Below, one piece after another: positions 1-11,849 of a stretch of DNA of 62,000 bases. Origin of the DNA: Octopus vulgaris (taxonomy: Eukaryota); the NCBI GenBank assembly GCA_951406725.2, contig OX597819.1:25068001-25130000 (forward strand). Reading direction: 5' to 3'. Below the pieces are notes generated by a model. The model had not been told where the DNA came from. It did not search any database and saw nothing but the letters and a program-made list of their open reading frames with translations. Made by a program: the position numbers and the translations under genes. Within the stretch, counting starts at the first letter, position 1. Each line of letters starts with the position of its first letter.

Positions 1-554
1 TGACTAAGGTTTGGTGGAAGATTTTAATTCAAAACTTATGAAAATAAAACATTTTACCACAGAGCCAGAGCCGGTTTAGTAACAAAAGGGTTAAATGGAA
101 ACTCTTGGAATAACCTGATGATGCAAACTCTGCTTGACCAAGAAGGGAAAGATCCTAAAAAATTCACTTTATCTGGGAGCCATCCTAAATTCAAAAAGTT
201 ATGTGCTTAAGTCAGTGTTTTCTTGAGGGAAAATTTGTGTGGGAGACCTGGATTTCTCTGCTTGCTAACCCCTTTCAGATACAGCTAGAACTATTGACAG
301 GAAGATTACTCTATCATGCTCAGAAAGGTTTCCACTTTGTAGAATTTCATTTCAGGGGTTCTTTTCACTATGTTGTTAACCAAGACTGTATTCTTACCTC
401 CATTAGTAAAGAGGTTATATGCCTCTGGCCATCAGGTCTGATGAGTCACCTTTTTTTCTAAGAGTAATAATTGAGCTAAAGCCACTGGTAACTTTCTGAC
501 TGACCATAACCAATGACTGCATAAAACGTGTGTGTGTGTATGTATATATATATA

Positions 555-850
555 TCATCATCATCATCATCATTTAGCGTCCGCTTTCCATGCTATCATG
601 GGTTGGACGGTTCAACTGGGGTCTGTGAAGCCAGAAGGCTGCATCAGGCCCAGTCTGATCTGTCAGTGTTTCTACGGCTGGATGCCCTTCCTAACGCCAA
701 CCACTCCTTGAGTGTAGTGGGTGCTTTTTACGTGCCATCCGCACAGGTGCAAGACGGAGCTGGCAAACGGCCATGAACGGATGGTGCTTTTACATGCCAC
801 CGGCACGGGGGCCAGGCGAGGCTGGCAACGGCCACGAATGGATGGTGCTA
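555..850 (-). mobile_element. SINE-like family D with RTE-type 3' tail ending in (GAT)n and internal ~62-bp tandem units; 5' incomplete
   Basis: On the minus strand: GAGTGGTTGGCGTTAGGAAGGGCATCCAGCCGTAGAAA...CCCATG.TAGCATGGAAAGCGGAC..TAAA followed by (GAT)n. Closely related copies at 2858-3192 and 56379-56830. Confidence 0.75.
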
Positions 851-852
851 CT

Positions 853-896
<44 letters not shown>

Positions 897-1836
897 GATG
901 TGTGTGTGTGTATTAGTGTGTAAATAAAAGCTTAAGTAGCAAAAATTCTATTCATTATAAAATATTATATCTCTCCCTGCCATAAACTAGCTGTATATCA
1001 TAAACAAAAAACAAGATAAATAAATAATCCTAATAGCCGATGCATATTTATATGTATGCTTGTATTTAGGAAAGTGTGTGTCTATGTATACACTTGTGTG
1101 TAAATATGCATCTGTGTATGCCAGCATCTGTGCATATACACATACATATCTACAATTCTACAGTTCTATGTTGTCAGTCACTTCCTCACAAATATGAAAT
1201 ATTAAAATCTATTATACAAGATGACTGCTCATAGAATAAGCAGAAACAAAATGATACAGCCATAATTATTACCAATGTCATCGTGACTTAAATTTTAAAT
1301 ACCAATGTCATTATGACCTTAGTAATATAATTAATATAATTACCACTGTCATCCGCATCTTAGTATAGTTAATCTACAGTTTCATTCTGGAGTATTGTTA
1401 CTAAATATTGGGATTAAGAATACAATAATAGACCCTATGTAATGGCTATTACTGATCCCTTTTCCTTCCACTCGTATAATATGCACTAATGTTTAGTACA
1501 TCACTTCTTTCTCAAACACTGAGAGAAAGAAACGTTCTGGTAACTTCTCTCTGTTTTTGGCACTGATTTTTTTTTGTAAAGGTTAACTGTTCATATGTGA
1601 TGGGGTGGAGGAGATAAAGGAGAGGTCAAGCTTTTGATGTAAGTTAATAATTAACTAATTTTATGCGACTCTGATTTTAGTCTCTTCCTGACCTCATGCC
1701 GCTGACCTAAGTAGTACCATCTGCTCTGTGTCTTCTTGCTTGTATTGTCCACCTGTTGTGTGAAAAAGAATTACAACTGGTAGACTAAGTTAGCAGACGG
1801 GAAGTTGTTTCTCTCTCTTACATCATACACATGGGA

Positions 1837-2508
1837 TGCACACACCACACATGCATGCACACACCACACACGCTTGCACACACCACACATGCATGCACAC
1901 ACCACACACACATGCACACACCACACACGCATGCACACACCACACACGCATGCACACACCACACATGCATGCACACACCACACACGCATGCACACACCAC
2001 ACATGCATGCACACACCACACGCATGCACACACCACACATGCATGCACACACCACACACGCATGTACACACCACACACTCATGCACACACCACACATGCA
2101 TGCACACACCACACATGCATGCACACACCACACACACATGCACACACCACACACGCATGCACACACCACACACGCATGCACACACCACACACGCATGCAC
2201 ACACCACACATGCATGCACACACCACACACGCATGCACACACCACACACACATGCACACACCACACATGCATGCACACACCACACACACATGCACACACC
2301 ACACACGCATGCACACACCACACACGCATGTACACACCACACACGCATGCACACACCACACACGCATGCACACACCACACACGCATGCACACACCACACA
2401 CGCATGCACACACCACACACGCATGTACACACCACACACGCATGCACACACCACACACGCATGCACACACCACACACGCATGCACACACCACGCACACAT
2501 GCATGCAC
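1837..2508. repeat. 19-bp minisatellite (ACACACCACACACGCATGC)n, about 35 units
   Basis: Directly visible tandem units with C/T variants; explains all seven long C/H/T-rich ORFs listed at 1771-2619. Confidence 0.95.
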
Positions 2509-2841
2509 ATAAACACCCCGAGGCACGTACATATTTTTACTGCTTTCCTGACTGCAACTCTGCTGGGACATCATTCTCAAAATTTTGTATCAATCATATC
2601 TAAACTAGTATTTACTTAGCCTGCTACTCCTTTTATAAATTTCCTTATCATATTGTCCAGTTTAATTGTATAATTTCATTTGGTCAGCCAAAAACAAACT
2701 GGATAAAACTTCAAAATTCAGCAAATGCCTTGTCTATATCGTCAGTCAACCATTTTGGCCAGAGAGTGTACAATGTTCTACAGCAAAATATACATATACA
2801 TGCTGTACAAAAAATATACAATGATGTATGCAATGTTTTGG

Positions 2842-2857
<16 letters not shown>

Positions 2858-2876
<19 letters not shown>

Positions 2877-3192
2877 GTTTAGTGTTCGCTTTCCATGCTA
2901 GCATGGGTTGGACGGTTCTGCTGGGGTCTGGGAAGCCAGAAGGCTGCACCAGGCCCAGTTTGATCTGGCAATGTTTCTACGGCTGAATGCCCTTCCTAAC
3001 GCCAACCACTCCATGAGTGTAGTGGGTGCTTTTTACGTGCTACCGTCATAGGTGCCAGACGAGTCTGGCAAACGGCCATGATCAGATGGTGCTTTTTATG
3101 TGCCACCGGCACGGGGGCCAGGCTAGGCTGGCGAACGGCCACAAACGGATGGTGCTTTTTACGTGCCACCGGCACTTGGCTGGCAATGGCCA
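2858..3192 (-). mobile_element. SINE-like family D copy
   Basis: (CAT)n tail on + strand, aligns with 555-850, carries internal TGGTGCTTTTTACGTGCCACCGGCAC units. Confidence 0.75.
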
Positions 3193-3423
3193 GACTTGTC
3201 TGTTGCATTGGTTACTTGAAATATGTTGAATTACTGGCTTGTGGATTACATTGGTCATCTGAGATATAGATTACAGGTTTTTGATTTCATATGGACGTGA
3301 CTTATTATTGTTGTTGTTGCTTACCTCTTGGCCAGCTTTCATGGATAAAAATCTCTAGATAAAGGATTTCCAGTCTTAACCATTCTATCCTGTTTATGTA
3401 CATAATGTGTCTAGGATTATATT

Positions 3424-3631
3424 ACTCTTTACTCTTTACTCTTTTACTTGTTTCAGTCATTTGACTGCGGCCATGCTGGAGCACCGCCTTTTAGTCGAGC
3501 AAATCAACCCCGGGACTTATTCTTTGTAAGCCCAGTACTTATTCTATCGGTCTCTTTTTGCCGAACCGCTACGCAGTGGGACTGAACCCGCAACCGTGTG
3601 GTTGGTTAGCAAGCTACTTACCACACAGCCA
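3424..3631 (-). mobile_element. Composite CORE-like SINE (family A), internally deleted
   Basis: 3' module (CTCTTTTACTTGTTTCAGTCATTTGACTGCGGCC...GCCGAACCGCTA) is joined directly to the head (CGCAGTGGGACTGAACCC...CCACACAGCC); the CORE and microsatellite middle is missing relative to 23923-24340. Confidence 0.8.
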
Positions 3632-4300
3632 CATCCAGCATGTCCATTTTTTTTAATCATTTATTGAAGTTAGTAGGGTGTACTCTGAGGGTGCAATCAT
3701 AGGCATGTACTAGACTGTTTGTTCCACAAAAAAAAAAAAAAAGTTTATAAATGCAATATATTTGTTAGCAACAGGAGAGAATTTTAATGTTTTTCTAATG
3801 GAGGACTCTGCTGGAAATGTCAACATTCCATTCTCACAGCACATGTGTATTCCATTTGCACATTTATTGAACTGAGTTTTGCTGACACAGACCACCAGTA
3901 AGTAGTTCCTGTAGACAGTAATTTTTGTTCAACTTCGAGTTCACCCTGACTGAGTACACTTATTATCGAGGTCATTCTAGCTGTAACCATCACATCTATT
4001 TCGTTTTTGTTTCTTTTCTATTGTGAAGCAAAGTATTTCTGAGACTACATTATTTAATGTGTTTTTTTGTTTTTTTTATAGTAGAGGGAGGTGATCTCGA
4101 GGCCATTTGGTTGCTATTTGTAGTGGGTTCGTTTTGTAATTGCATAGTTTCTGGTTTGATTCTCACTGTGGTGCCCTGTTTCAAAAATGTCTTCTATCAT
4201 ACCCTTGAGTTGAGAAATACCTCATGAGTGAAACGTAGTTGACAGAAACTGTATGGAAGCGAGCTGTATAAGGTATTATACCTTATACGGCGAGCTTAAA

Positions 4301-4523
4301 AGGTGGCGAGCTGGCAGAAACGTTAGCACGCCTGGCGAAATGCTTAGCGGAATTTTGTCTGCCGTTACGTTCTGAGTTCAAATTCCGCCGAGGTCAACTT
4401 TGCCTTTCATCCTTTCGGGGACGATTAAATAAGTACCAGTTACGCACTGGGGTCGATATAATCGACTTAATCCGTTTGTCTGTCCTCTCTGTGTTTAGCC
4501 CCTTGTGGGTAGTAAAGAAATAG
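4301..4523 (+). mobile_element. tRNA-headed SINE with Meta-like central domain (family B)
   Basis: B-box-like GAGTTCAAATTCC, then GAGGTCAACTTTGCCTTTCATCCTTTCGGGG..GAT.AA.TAAGTACCAG, resembling the Meta/MESC SINE domain; near-identical copies at 4725, 14093 and 35190. Confidence 0.85.
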
Positions 4524-4724
4524 GTATTTTACCTTATACAGTGTCATTCTGGAGTATTGTTACTAAATATTGGGATTAAGAATACAATAATAAACCCTAT
4601 GTAAGGGCTTTAACTGATCCTTTTACCTTACACTCATACAATATGCACTAATGTTTAGTACATCACTTCTTTCTGAAACACTGAGAGAAAGAAACCGCCT
4701 TATACAGTATAAGGAAACTGTATA

Positions 4725-4957
4725 AGGTGGTGAGCTGGCAGAAATGTTAGAATGCCGGGTGAAATGCTTAGCAGTATTTCGTCTGCCGCCATGTCCTGAG
4801 TTCAAATTCCGCCGAGGTCAATTTTGCCTTTCATCCTTTCAGGGTCGATAAATTAAGTGCCAGTTACGCACTGGGGTCGATGTAATCGACTTAATCACTT
4901 TGTCTGTCCTTGTTTGTCCCCTCTATGTTTAGCCCTTGTGGGCTATAAAGAAATAAG
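4725..4957 (+). mobile_element. Family B (Meta-like) SINE
   Basis: Full-length alignment to 4301-4523. Confidence 0.85.
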
Positions 4958-7464
4958 AAACAGTATGGAAGCCTGTTATATGCAAGTGTATGTGTTTCTG
5001 TGAGTGTGTTTGCATGTAATGGACTTTCCTGTTGTAGATAGCATATGAGAATTCCCTAAATTCTTGATGAACAACCTGTACAGATGATTTGTTTATATTG
5101 ATGAAATGTTTGTACTGTACATTAGCTCCCTGCCTCCCCTAATAGGTTTTCATTGTGTGTACAGGTGCATGATGTGCTTCTGTTGTGGGATGTGACCTGG
5201 AGGCTATTTGGTAGCTATTTGTAGTGGGATAACCAATTGCTTAGGGCACTTGCTTCTGGATTTGCCCTGACTGTAATCCAGTGATTTTTAATCTCTTGAA
5301 CTATATGAGACAATGAAGATTAAGCAAAAATTCCTGAGGCAATTCTAACAAAAATTTAAAATAAAAAAGCAACTTTGTTTTAAGGATAAAAATGAAGAAA
5401 ACTATTATAATTACAATGTGTAGAACATTTATTATGTATATATAAATGTTGAATAGCACTAGCTGCAATGTTTTGTTTCAGAGAAACTTCACAAAGAAAC
5501 AAGTGTATTAAAAATACAGGGCTCACAATGAATGCCAATGGTAGATTGTCAGTGTTCCAACCTCATTTTTGTCTACTCAGTTACAAACACACCTGGATAT
5601 TCTGAGTTAGCTGAAAAATATTTGTTCCAGTATAGAAATTGTCAAACAAAATATTCACTGATTTGTGTGAAAATCAACCAGGTGAGAATTGAATTAAAAT
5701 ATATGCTTTTGAAATAGCACTAGACTAAAAACTGATGTGGATAACATTGTAATGTACATACAAATGTGGAATAGCACTAGCTGTAATATTTTTACCTCAG
5801 AGAAACTTCTCAAAGAGAATTTGGTATTAAAGATATTGAGGGTTCACTCAGGATAGTATCATCAGATCATCAGACATGGTATTTTAACTTCGTTTTCTCT
5901 CCTTGGAGATGAACATCCCCTGACATTCTAAGCTAAGCCACCAGGTTTCTGGTCTAATCTCTTTGTCCACTTCTTCCTTTTCAGATGAGAAAACAGTGCA
6001 AAATATATCTTCATAGGCATTGTAAAAAGCCTACTGATACGTACATGTGTAAATACATGAATGAATGAGATGTATGTAGTTGACATGAGTGAGCTCACAA
6101 TATTTGTGCCTCTTGTCTAGTACTGTATTCATTTAGCTGTTTCATAGACTTAAAAATCTACCGTAGCCTCAGATTGATCAATGCCTTGCAAGTGGAGTTT
6201 GATAGATAGAAACTGTACAGAAGCCTGCCATGCCTATATTGTGTGTGTGTGTATGTATGTGTGTGTGTGTGTGTGTGCGCGCGTGCATGTGTGTGTTTGT
6301 ATATATTTCAGTGTAAAATGATGTGTCCCTTTTTATCAGTAAGGTAACATAGCTATAGAGATGAATAAAATATGAGATTGAAATAAGTACTGGGGTTGAT
6401 ATGACTGACTAAAACCATTGATGATGGTGCCCCAGGCTGGCCATAGTCCAATGGCTGAAGATAGTAAAGCAATAAAAAAATATATATGCATACATTCTTG
6501 TAAAAAAAAAAATTAAGAAAAATAAGCATTTTTGGATTTTTAAATCAACAATGTTTGAATAACGAACTTGCATTCTGTTATTGATTTATAATTATGCACA
6601 CACACACATGCAAGCATATATATACATCCACCCACACACAGATAGAAAAAGGTTATCTTTCCTGAACTAATCTTTTGTTTGAATATCATTCTCATCTTTG
6701 TACACCTCTTGCTATTTACTCCTACGCTTTTCTTTGTTTGCAACCAGCTGTCACAGACTGCTATTTCGTCCCACAGGAACTCTACCGAATTCTTTGTTAA
6801 CTTACTGAAAGTCTTTACACCCCTTTACCATATGTACCCATTCTTATCTTTGATGGTCTTGTTTTTTTTTATTATATATTTGTACTTCCTTTCTAGCTGT
6901 CTATGATGTATGTAACATGCATAAATGCACAGATGTCATCGCATTTAACTAGATGTATGTATGCACCAGCTTACAAAGACGCAAGGGCATACATATAATA
7001 TTCTTGTATATAACTATGAGTGTATATAAGTGTGTCTGTGTATATGTATGCTACACACGTGCACACTTTCTCTCTCCTACTTGTGCACACACACACACAC
7101 ACACCACCTATATAGTGACTTTGGAATAGTATTGCACAATCTTTATCCTTTGTTTGGTCATGTAACTTCTCCATACTTAAGTTACCTGAAGCAGAAAGAA
7201 ATAAAATAAATTATAATTATAAAAACAAAATTAATTTAAATTTTAACATAGAAAGTGACTTAAGTACAACTGTATACAGATATATGTGTGTGTGTGTTGT
7301 GTGTGTGGTTGAAAAACTGCAACCAACTGCTTTCAGACTTTGTTCCACTGCGCTGCATTTTGGATGAATGTCTTTGACTATATAGCTCTTTGCTAATCTA
7401 TGTGGTTGGGAAAAACTATGCAGACGTTTGTTGTATTATATCTGTCTGTCTGTCGATTCATACA

Positions 7465-7515
<51 letters not shown>

Positions 7516-7770
7516 AAGAGAGAGAGTATGTATGTCTATGTGTATGTTTGTCTTTTGCTGTTTGACAATGGGTACTTGTTTGGCAAAAAGGAACTGATAT
7601 AATAGGTTTGTTTGATTTGGTTGGTTAAAGCCTTCAAGGCAGTACTCAAACATTACCACAGTCCAATGACTTCATCAAATAAATGGATCAGAGAAAGAAA
7701 TAGTACATACATACACGCATGCACACACAATAATGATGATGATAATAATAATAATAATCATAATAATAAT

Positions 7771-8340
7771 ATGCCCTGATGTAGTACCAGACAGTGGCTC
7801 TCATGGCTTCTGATTTTAACTGATTGGAAGTGTTATCATTTAAATTGTTTTGTCTTGGTATAAAAGATGGGCTACAGCAAATGTTCTGCTCAGTACTGAT
7901 TTGCTTGTCAGTTGTTTGATCTTAACCAGTTGACACCATGTCCCTTTGTGGCTTACGATATGTGCATCTCTGATCATGAGCAGAAGTAGTGGGGGAGCAT
8001 CGTGACCATGTGTTGAAAGGAATTCTTAGAGGTTTGGATAATTCACCTTTGGAAACATGGGTATTTTGTTCAACATCCTTAAACAACCCTTATTCAGGGA
8101 CCTTTTGAGCAGGATGGGCTACTCGACCAGAAGAAAATTTTAACTGGGCCCCACCTGCAAGGTCATTCACTGTTTATCTTGATATGAGATTACCATGTTC
8201 TGCACATATGGTTGTGATGCATGTGCCTGGTGTACCCTTATCAGATGGGTAGTCATGATGCGTATACTGGGCTTTGTATATTTTACCCCAGTGTCACTTT
8301 GATGGCATGCACTGCTCTCTCACTCAATAATAATAATAAT
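7771..8340 (+). mobile_element. ~555-bp retroposon-like element with (AAT)n tail, embedded in AAT repeats (family E)
   Basis: Second copy at 8871-9398 aligns along its length; (AAT)n on both flanks; no coding capacity. Confidence 0.7.
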
Positions 8341-8870
8341 TATTATAATCATCCTTTCTACTATAGATGCAAGGCCTGCAATTTGAGGGGAGGGGGATGG
8401 TTGACCACATTGATTCTAGTACTTGAGTGGTACTTAATTTATCGACCCTGAAAGGATGGAAGGCAAAGTTGACCTCAGTGGAATTACATCACCCTTAGTG
8501 TTCAAGTGGTACTTATTTTATTGACCCTGGAATTTTGAAAGGCAAAACTGATTGTGGCCCTTATTTGATCTCTGAACGTAACGAGTGAGAAGAAATACCA
8601 CTAAGCAATTTTGTCTGGCATTCTGTCTGTTCTACCAGCTCGCTACCTTAATAATGATGATGATAGTAGTAGTAGTAGTAGTTTTTTCTACTACAGGCAC
8701 AAGACCTAAATATTTAGGGGAGGGAAGATAATCAATTACATCAGGCCCAGTACACAACTGGGGGTTGATGAAAAGTAAAGTTGACCTTGGTAGAATTTCA
8801 ACTCAGAATATAAAGACATGCTTATGATTCTGCCAGCTTGCTACCATAATAATAATAACAATAATAATAT

Positions 8871-9398
8871 GATTGGCAGTGTTATCATGTTCATTGTTTT
8901 GTCTTGGTATAAAAGATGGGCTGCAGCAAATATTCTGCTCAATACCACAGATTTGCTTGTCAGTTGTTTGACCTTAACCAGTTGAGCATGTCCCTTAGTG
9001 GCTGACGATATGTGCATCTCTGATCATGAGCAGAAGTAGTGGGGGAGCATCATAGCCATGTGTTGAGAGGGATTCTTTGGGGTTTGAATAATTCACCTCT
9101 GGAAACATGGGTGTTTCGTTCAACATCCTTAAACAACCCTTATTCAGGGACCTTTTGAGCGGGATGGGTTACTCGATCTGAAGAAAATTCTAACTGGGCC
9201 CCACCTGCAAGGTCATGTGCTGTTTATCTTGATATGAGAATACCATTTCGCGCACATAGGGTTGTGATGCATGTGCCTGGTGTACCCTTATCAGACGGGT
9301 AGTCATGATGGGTAAACTGGGCTTCGTATATTTTACCCCAGTGTCATTTTGATGGCATGCACTGCTCACTCACTCAATAATAATAATAATAATAATAA
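8871..9398 (+). mobile_element. Family E element, 5'-truncated copy
   Basis: Starts at GATTGGCAGTGTTATCAT, which corresponds to about 50 bp into the first copy; ends CACTC(AAT)n. Confidence 0.7.
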
Positions 9399-9615
9399 TG
9401 GTTTCTGGTTTATGCACAAGGTTAGCAATTGGGAGGTGTGGGGGTTTGAATCGTTGTCCTTAACCCCAGTACTTGACGGATGAGGATGAATGGATGATAA
9501 TAAAATAGACTGGGAAAAAGTGAGACCAAAAGGTCAATGATAAATATTTTATGGTATGCTATTGTATTTTATTGTCTGTTTTTTTTAGCTATTTTATTGT
9601 TTGTTTTTTTTTAGC

Positions 9616-9649
<34 letters not shown>

Positions 9650-10099
9650 GGGTTCATTATTAGTAATATTAGGATATAATGCTTGATCATGTTTTAAAAA
9701 ATTGTTTTAATATTTGTTTAGTTTAAAGTAATGAAGAAGGATAGTGTTGCAGCAGTCTTTTATTTCTCGAGTGGAAATTCAGATATTTTGAAAGTGATTA
9801 GTAGTTTTAATATTGATTTTAAATTTTGGCATGGGGCCAGCAATTTTTGGGGAGGAGTAAGTCAATTACATCGATCCCAGCCCTCAACTGGTACCTATTT
9901 TATTGACCCTGAAAGAACAAAAGGCAAAGTTGACCTCAATAAGGTTTGAACTCAGAACATAGAGAAGTAGAACAAATACTGTTAGTTGTTTTGTTTATAG
10001 CTCTAAAGAATCTGATGAGTGTTCACTTCATCCTTTGAACATTTTTAAGATGACAGAGTGTGATATGAGTTTAATTTGGTTGCTATGTCTAGCAACAAA

Positions 10100-10380
10100 G
10101 CAGCCACATATATGCTCTCACATTTGTGTGCCATTTACGATTTCCTGTTAAGCAATCATTGTCATTCAGCCTCAGCTGATCCATTGCATGGAAGCATCTG
10201 ACATGATTTTTCAAGAGCAACTCATCAGTTGATAACATCAGCCAATATATCCTATTTCTCTCTGCTCTCTTTTCACATGACAATTAATTGCCTTTGACAA
10301 ATGTATGCAGTGTGTTATGAATACCAAGCGTGTTTGGCTGACTGCAGAGATTTTCTGGGTGTTCTCAATGCATCATAGCT
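10100..10380 (-). mobile_element. Highly degraded RTE-type LINE C-terminal fragment
   Basis: Minus-frame ISAVSQTRLVFITHC resembles VSSLVKGKRVQFAGHC of the intact RTE fragment at 49.8-50.2 kb; otherwise disrupted. Confidence 0.3.
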
Positions 10381-10740
10381 TCAGTACACCATCGTCCTTT
10401 TAATGCATACTTTTCCTTGCTTGCATGAGTCTGACGAAATTTTTGGAGGTAGACTTTCTAAATTGTATGCCCTTCTTATTGCTAACCCATCAATTATTTC
10501 CAAGCAAAGTAATACCTTCTTTTAGCCTGAAGACTGGAAACAAAACAAACAACCACACTTAAGCATGAAGATGCCCTTTCAGAACCATCATGTGATATCT
10601 AGACAAAGGTATATGCAAACACACACACACACACACATATGTAAATCACTTGTATAATGGTGATGTTCATTTTACAGTCATCATATGGTGTCAAGACAGG
10701 GATACACACAGATTCAAACACACACATATACACATGTATA

Positions 10741-10787
<47 letters not shown>

Positions 10788-10819
10788 ATATATATATATA
10801 TATATATACATATATACAG

Positions 10820-10981
10820 GTGCAGGAGTGGCTGTGTGGTAAGTAGCTTGCTAACCAACCACATTGTTCCGGGTTCAGTCCCACTGCGTGGCACTTTGAG
10901 CAAGTGTCTTCTGCTATAGCCCCGGGCCGACCAATGCCTTGTGAGTGGATTTGGTAGACGGAAACTGAAAGAAGCCTGTCG

Positions 10982-11022
<41 letters not shown>

Positions 11023-11220
11023 CTGTGTTTGTCCCCCCAACATCGTTTGACAACCGATGCTGGTGTGTTTACATCGCTGTTACTTAGCGGTTCAGCAAAA
11101 GAGACCGATAGAATAAGTACTGGGCTTACAAAGAATAAGTCCCGGGGTCGATTTGCTCGACTAAAGGCGGTGCTCCAGCATGGCCGCAGTCAAATGACTG
11201 AAACAAGTAAAAGAAAAGAA
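10820..11220 (+). mobile_element. Composite CORE-like SINE (family A), full length
   Basis: tRNA-like head (GGAGTGGCTGTGTGGT...GGGTTCAGTCCC), CORE-like CACTTTGAGCAAGTGTCTT, internal (TA)n(TG)n, 3' module ending GAAACAAGTAAAAGA. Confidence 0.9.
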
Positions 11221-11849
11221 AAAAAAATATATGACTGGCTTCTTTCAATTTCTGTCTATGAGATCCACTCACAAGGCTTTGGTTTACCCAGGGTTATAGA
11301 AGAAGGCACTTCCCCAAGGTGCTGTGCAGCAGAACTAAACCCAAGGCCACATGGTCAGGAAGCAAGCTTCTCAACGATACAAAAATATTGATATCGTGAT
11401 TATTTAAAAGTTTTACTTGCGTCTGGCTATTACACAAAAGACAGTAGTAAGTATTTGGATAGTGTTGTAGTCTTTAGATATATTCCTGTGTGTTGCCTGG
11501 ACCTGCAAAGCTCCACTCATAGTGAAACAGGTTTAAGAACTGTATTCCTCTTATGTATTGCTTACATATTTCAGTTATCTCTGATTCCGTTGAGTGTCTG
11601 ATGTCTGTTACAACATGCAGAACATTGTTAAAAATGGTTTGTAATTTGTTGTGCTTTATAACAGAAGATTCGGAGAGAACTGGTTTCATTTGAAATGGTC
11701 ATGATATACCATTAGTTTTTATTTTATTTTATTTCATTTTTTTTTATATTAGCCTCTGAGCTACAGTATTTTTTTTTTTTGTTTCTTATGTCCCTGTTGT
11801 GTAAATAATATCAATGTGTTGTAATGCGATGTTTAGAATTTTAGCCTTT

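Noticed and set aside
1771-2619. Seven long ORFs (up to 269 aa) rich in C/V/H/T
   Set aside because: They are translations of a stop-free 19-bp minisatellite in overlapping frames on both strands.
3775-3899. Plus-strand segment with AG acceptor and GTAAGT donor
   Set aside because: All three frames contain stops; there is no support beyond splice-like motifs.
4627-4680. 54-bp minus-strand exon-like segment (CTCTCAG|...AAG|GTAAAA; VSERSDVLNISAYCMSV)
   Set aside because: It lies in the block that appears to be the derived inserted copy; the presumed source copy (1465-1518) has an in-frame TGA and a GA donor, so the splice signals are probably coincidental.
5884-6030. Minus-strand 48-aa frame AFYNAYEDIFCTVFSSEKEEVDKEIRPETWWLSLECQG...
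   Set aside because: Weak acceptor, no recognisable family, and equally compatible with a decayed transposon.
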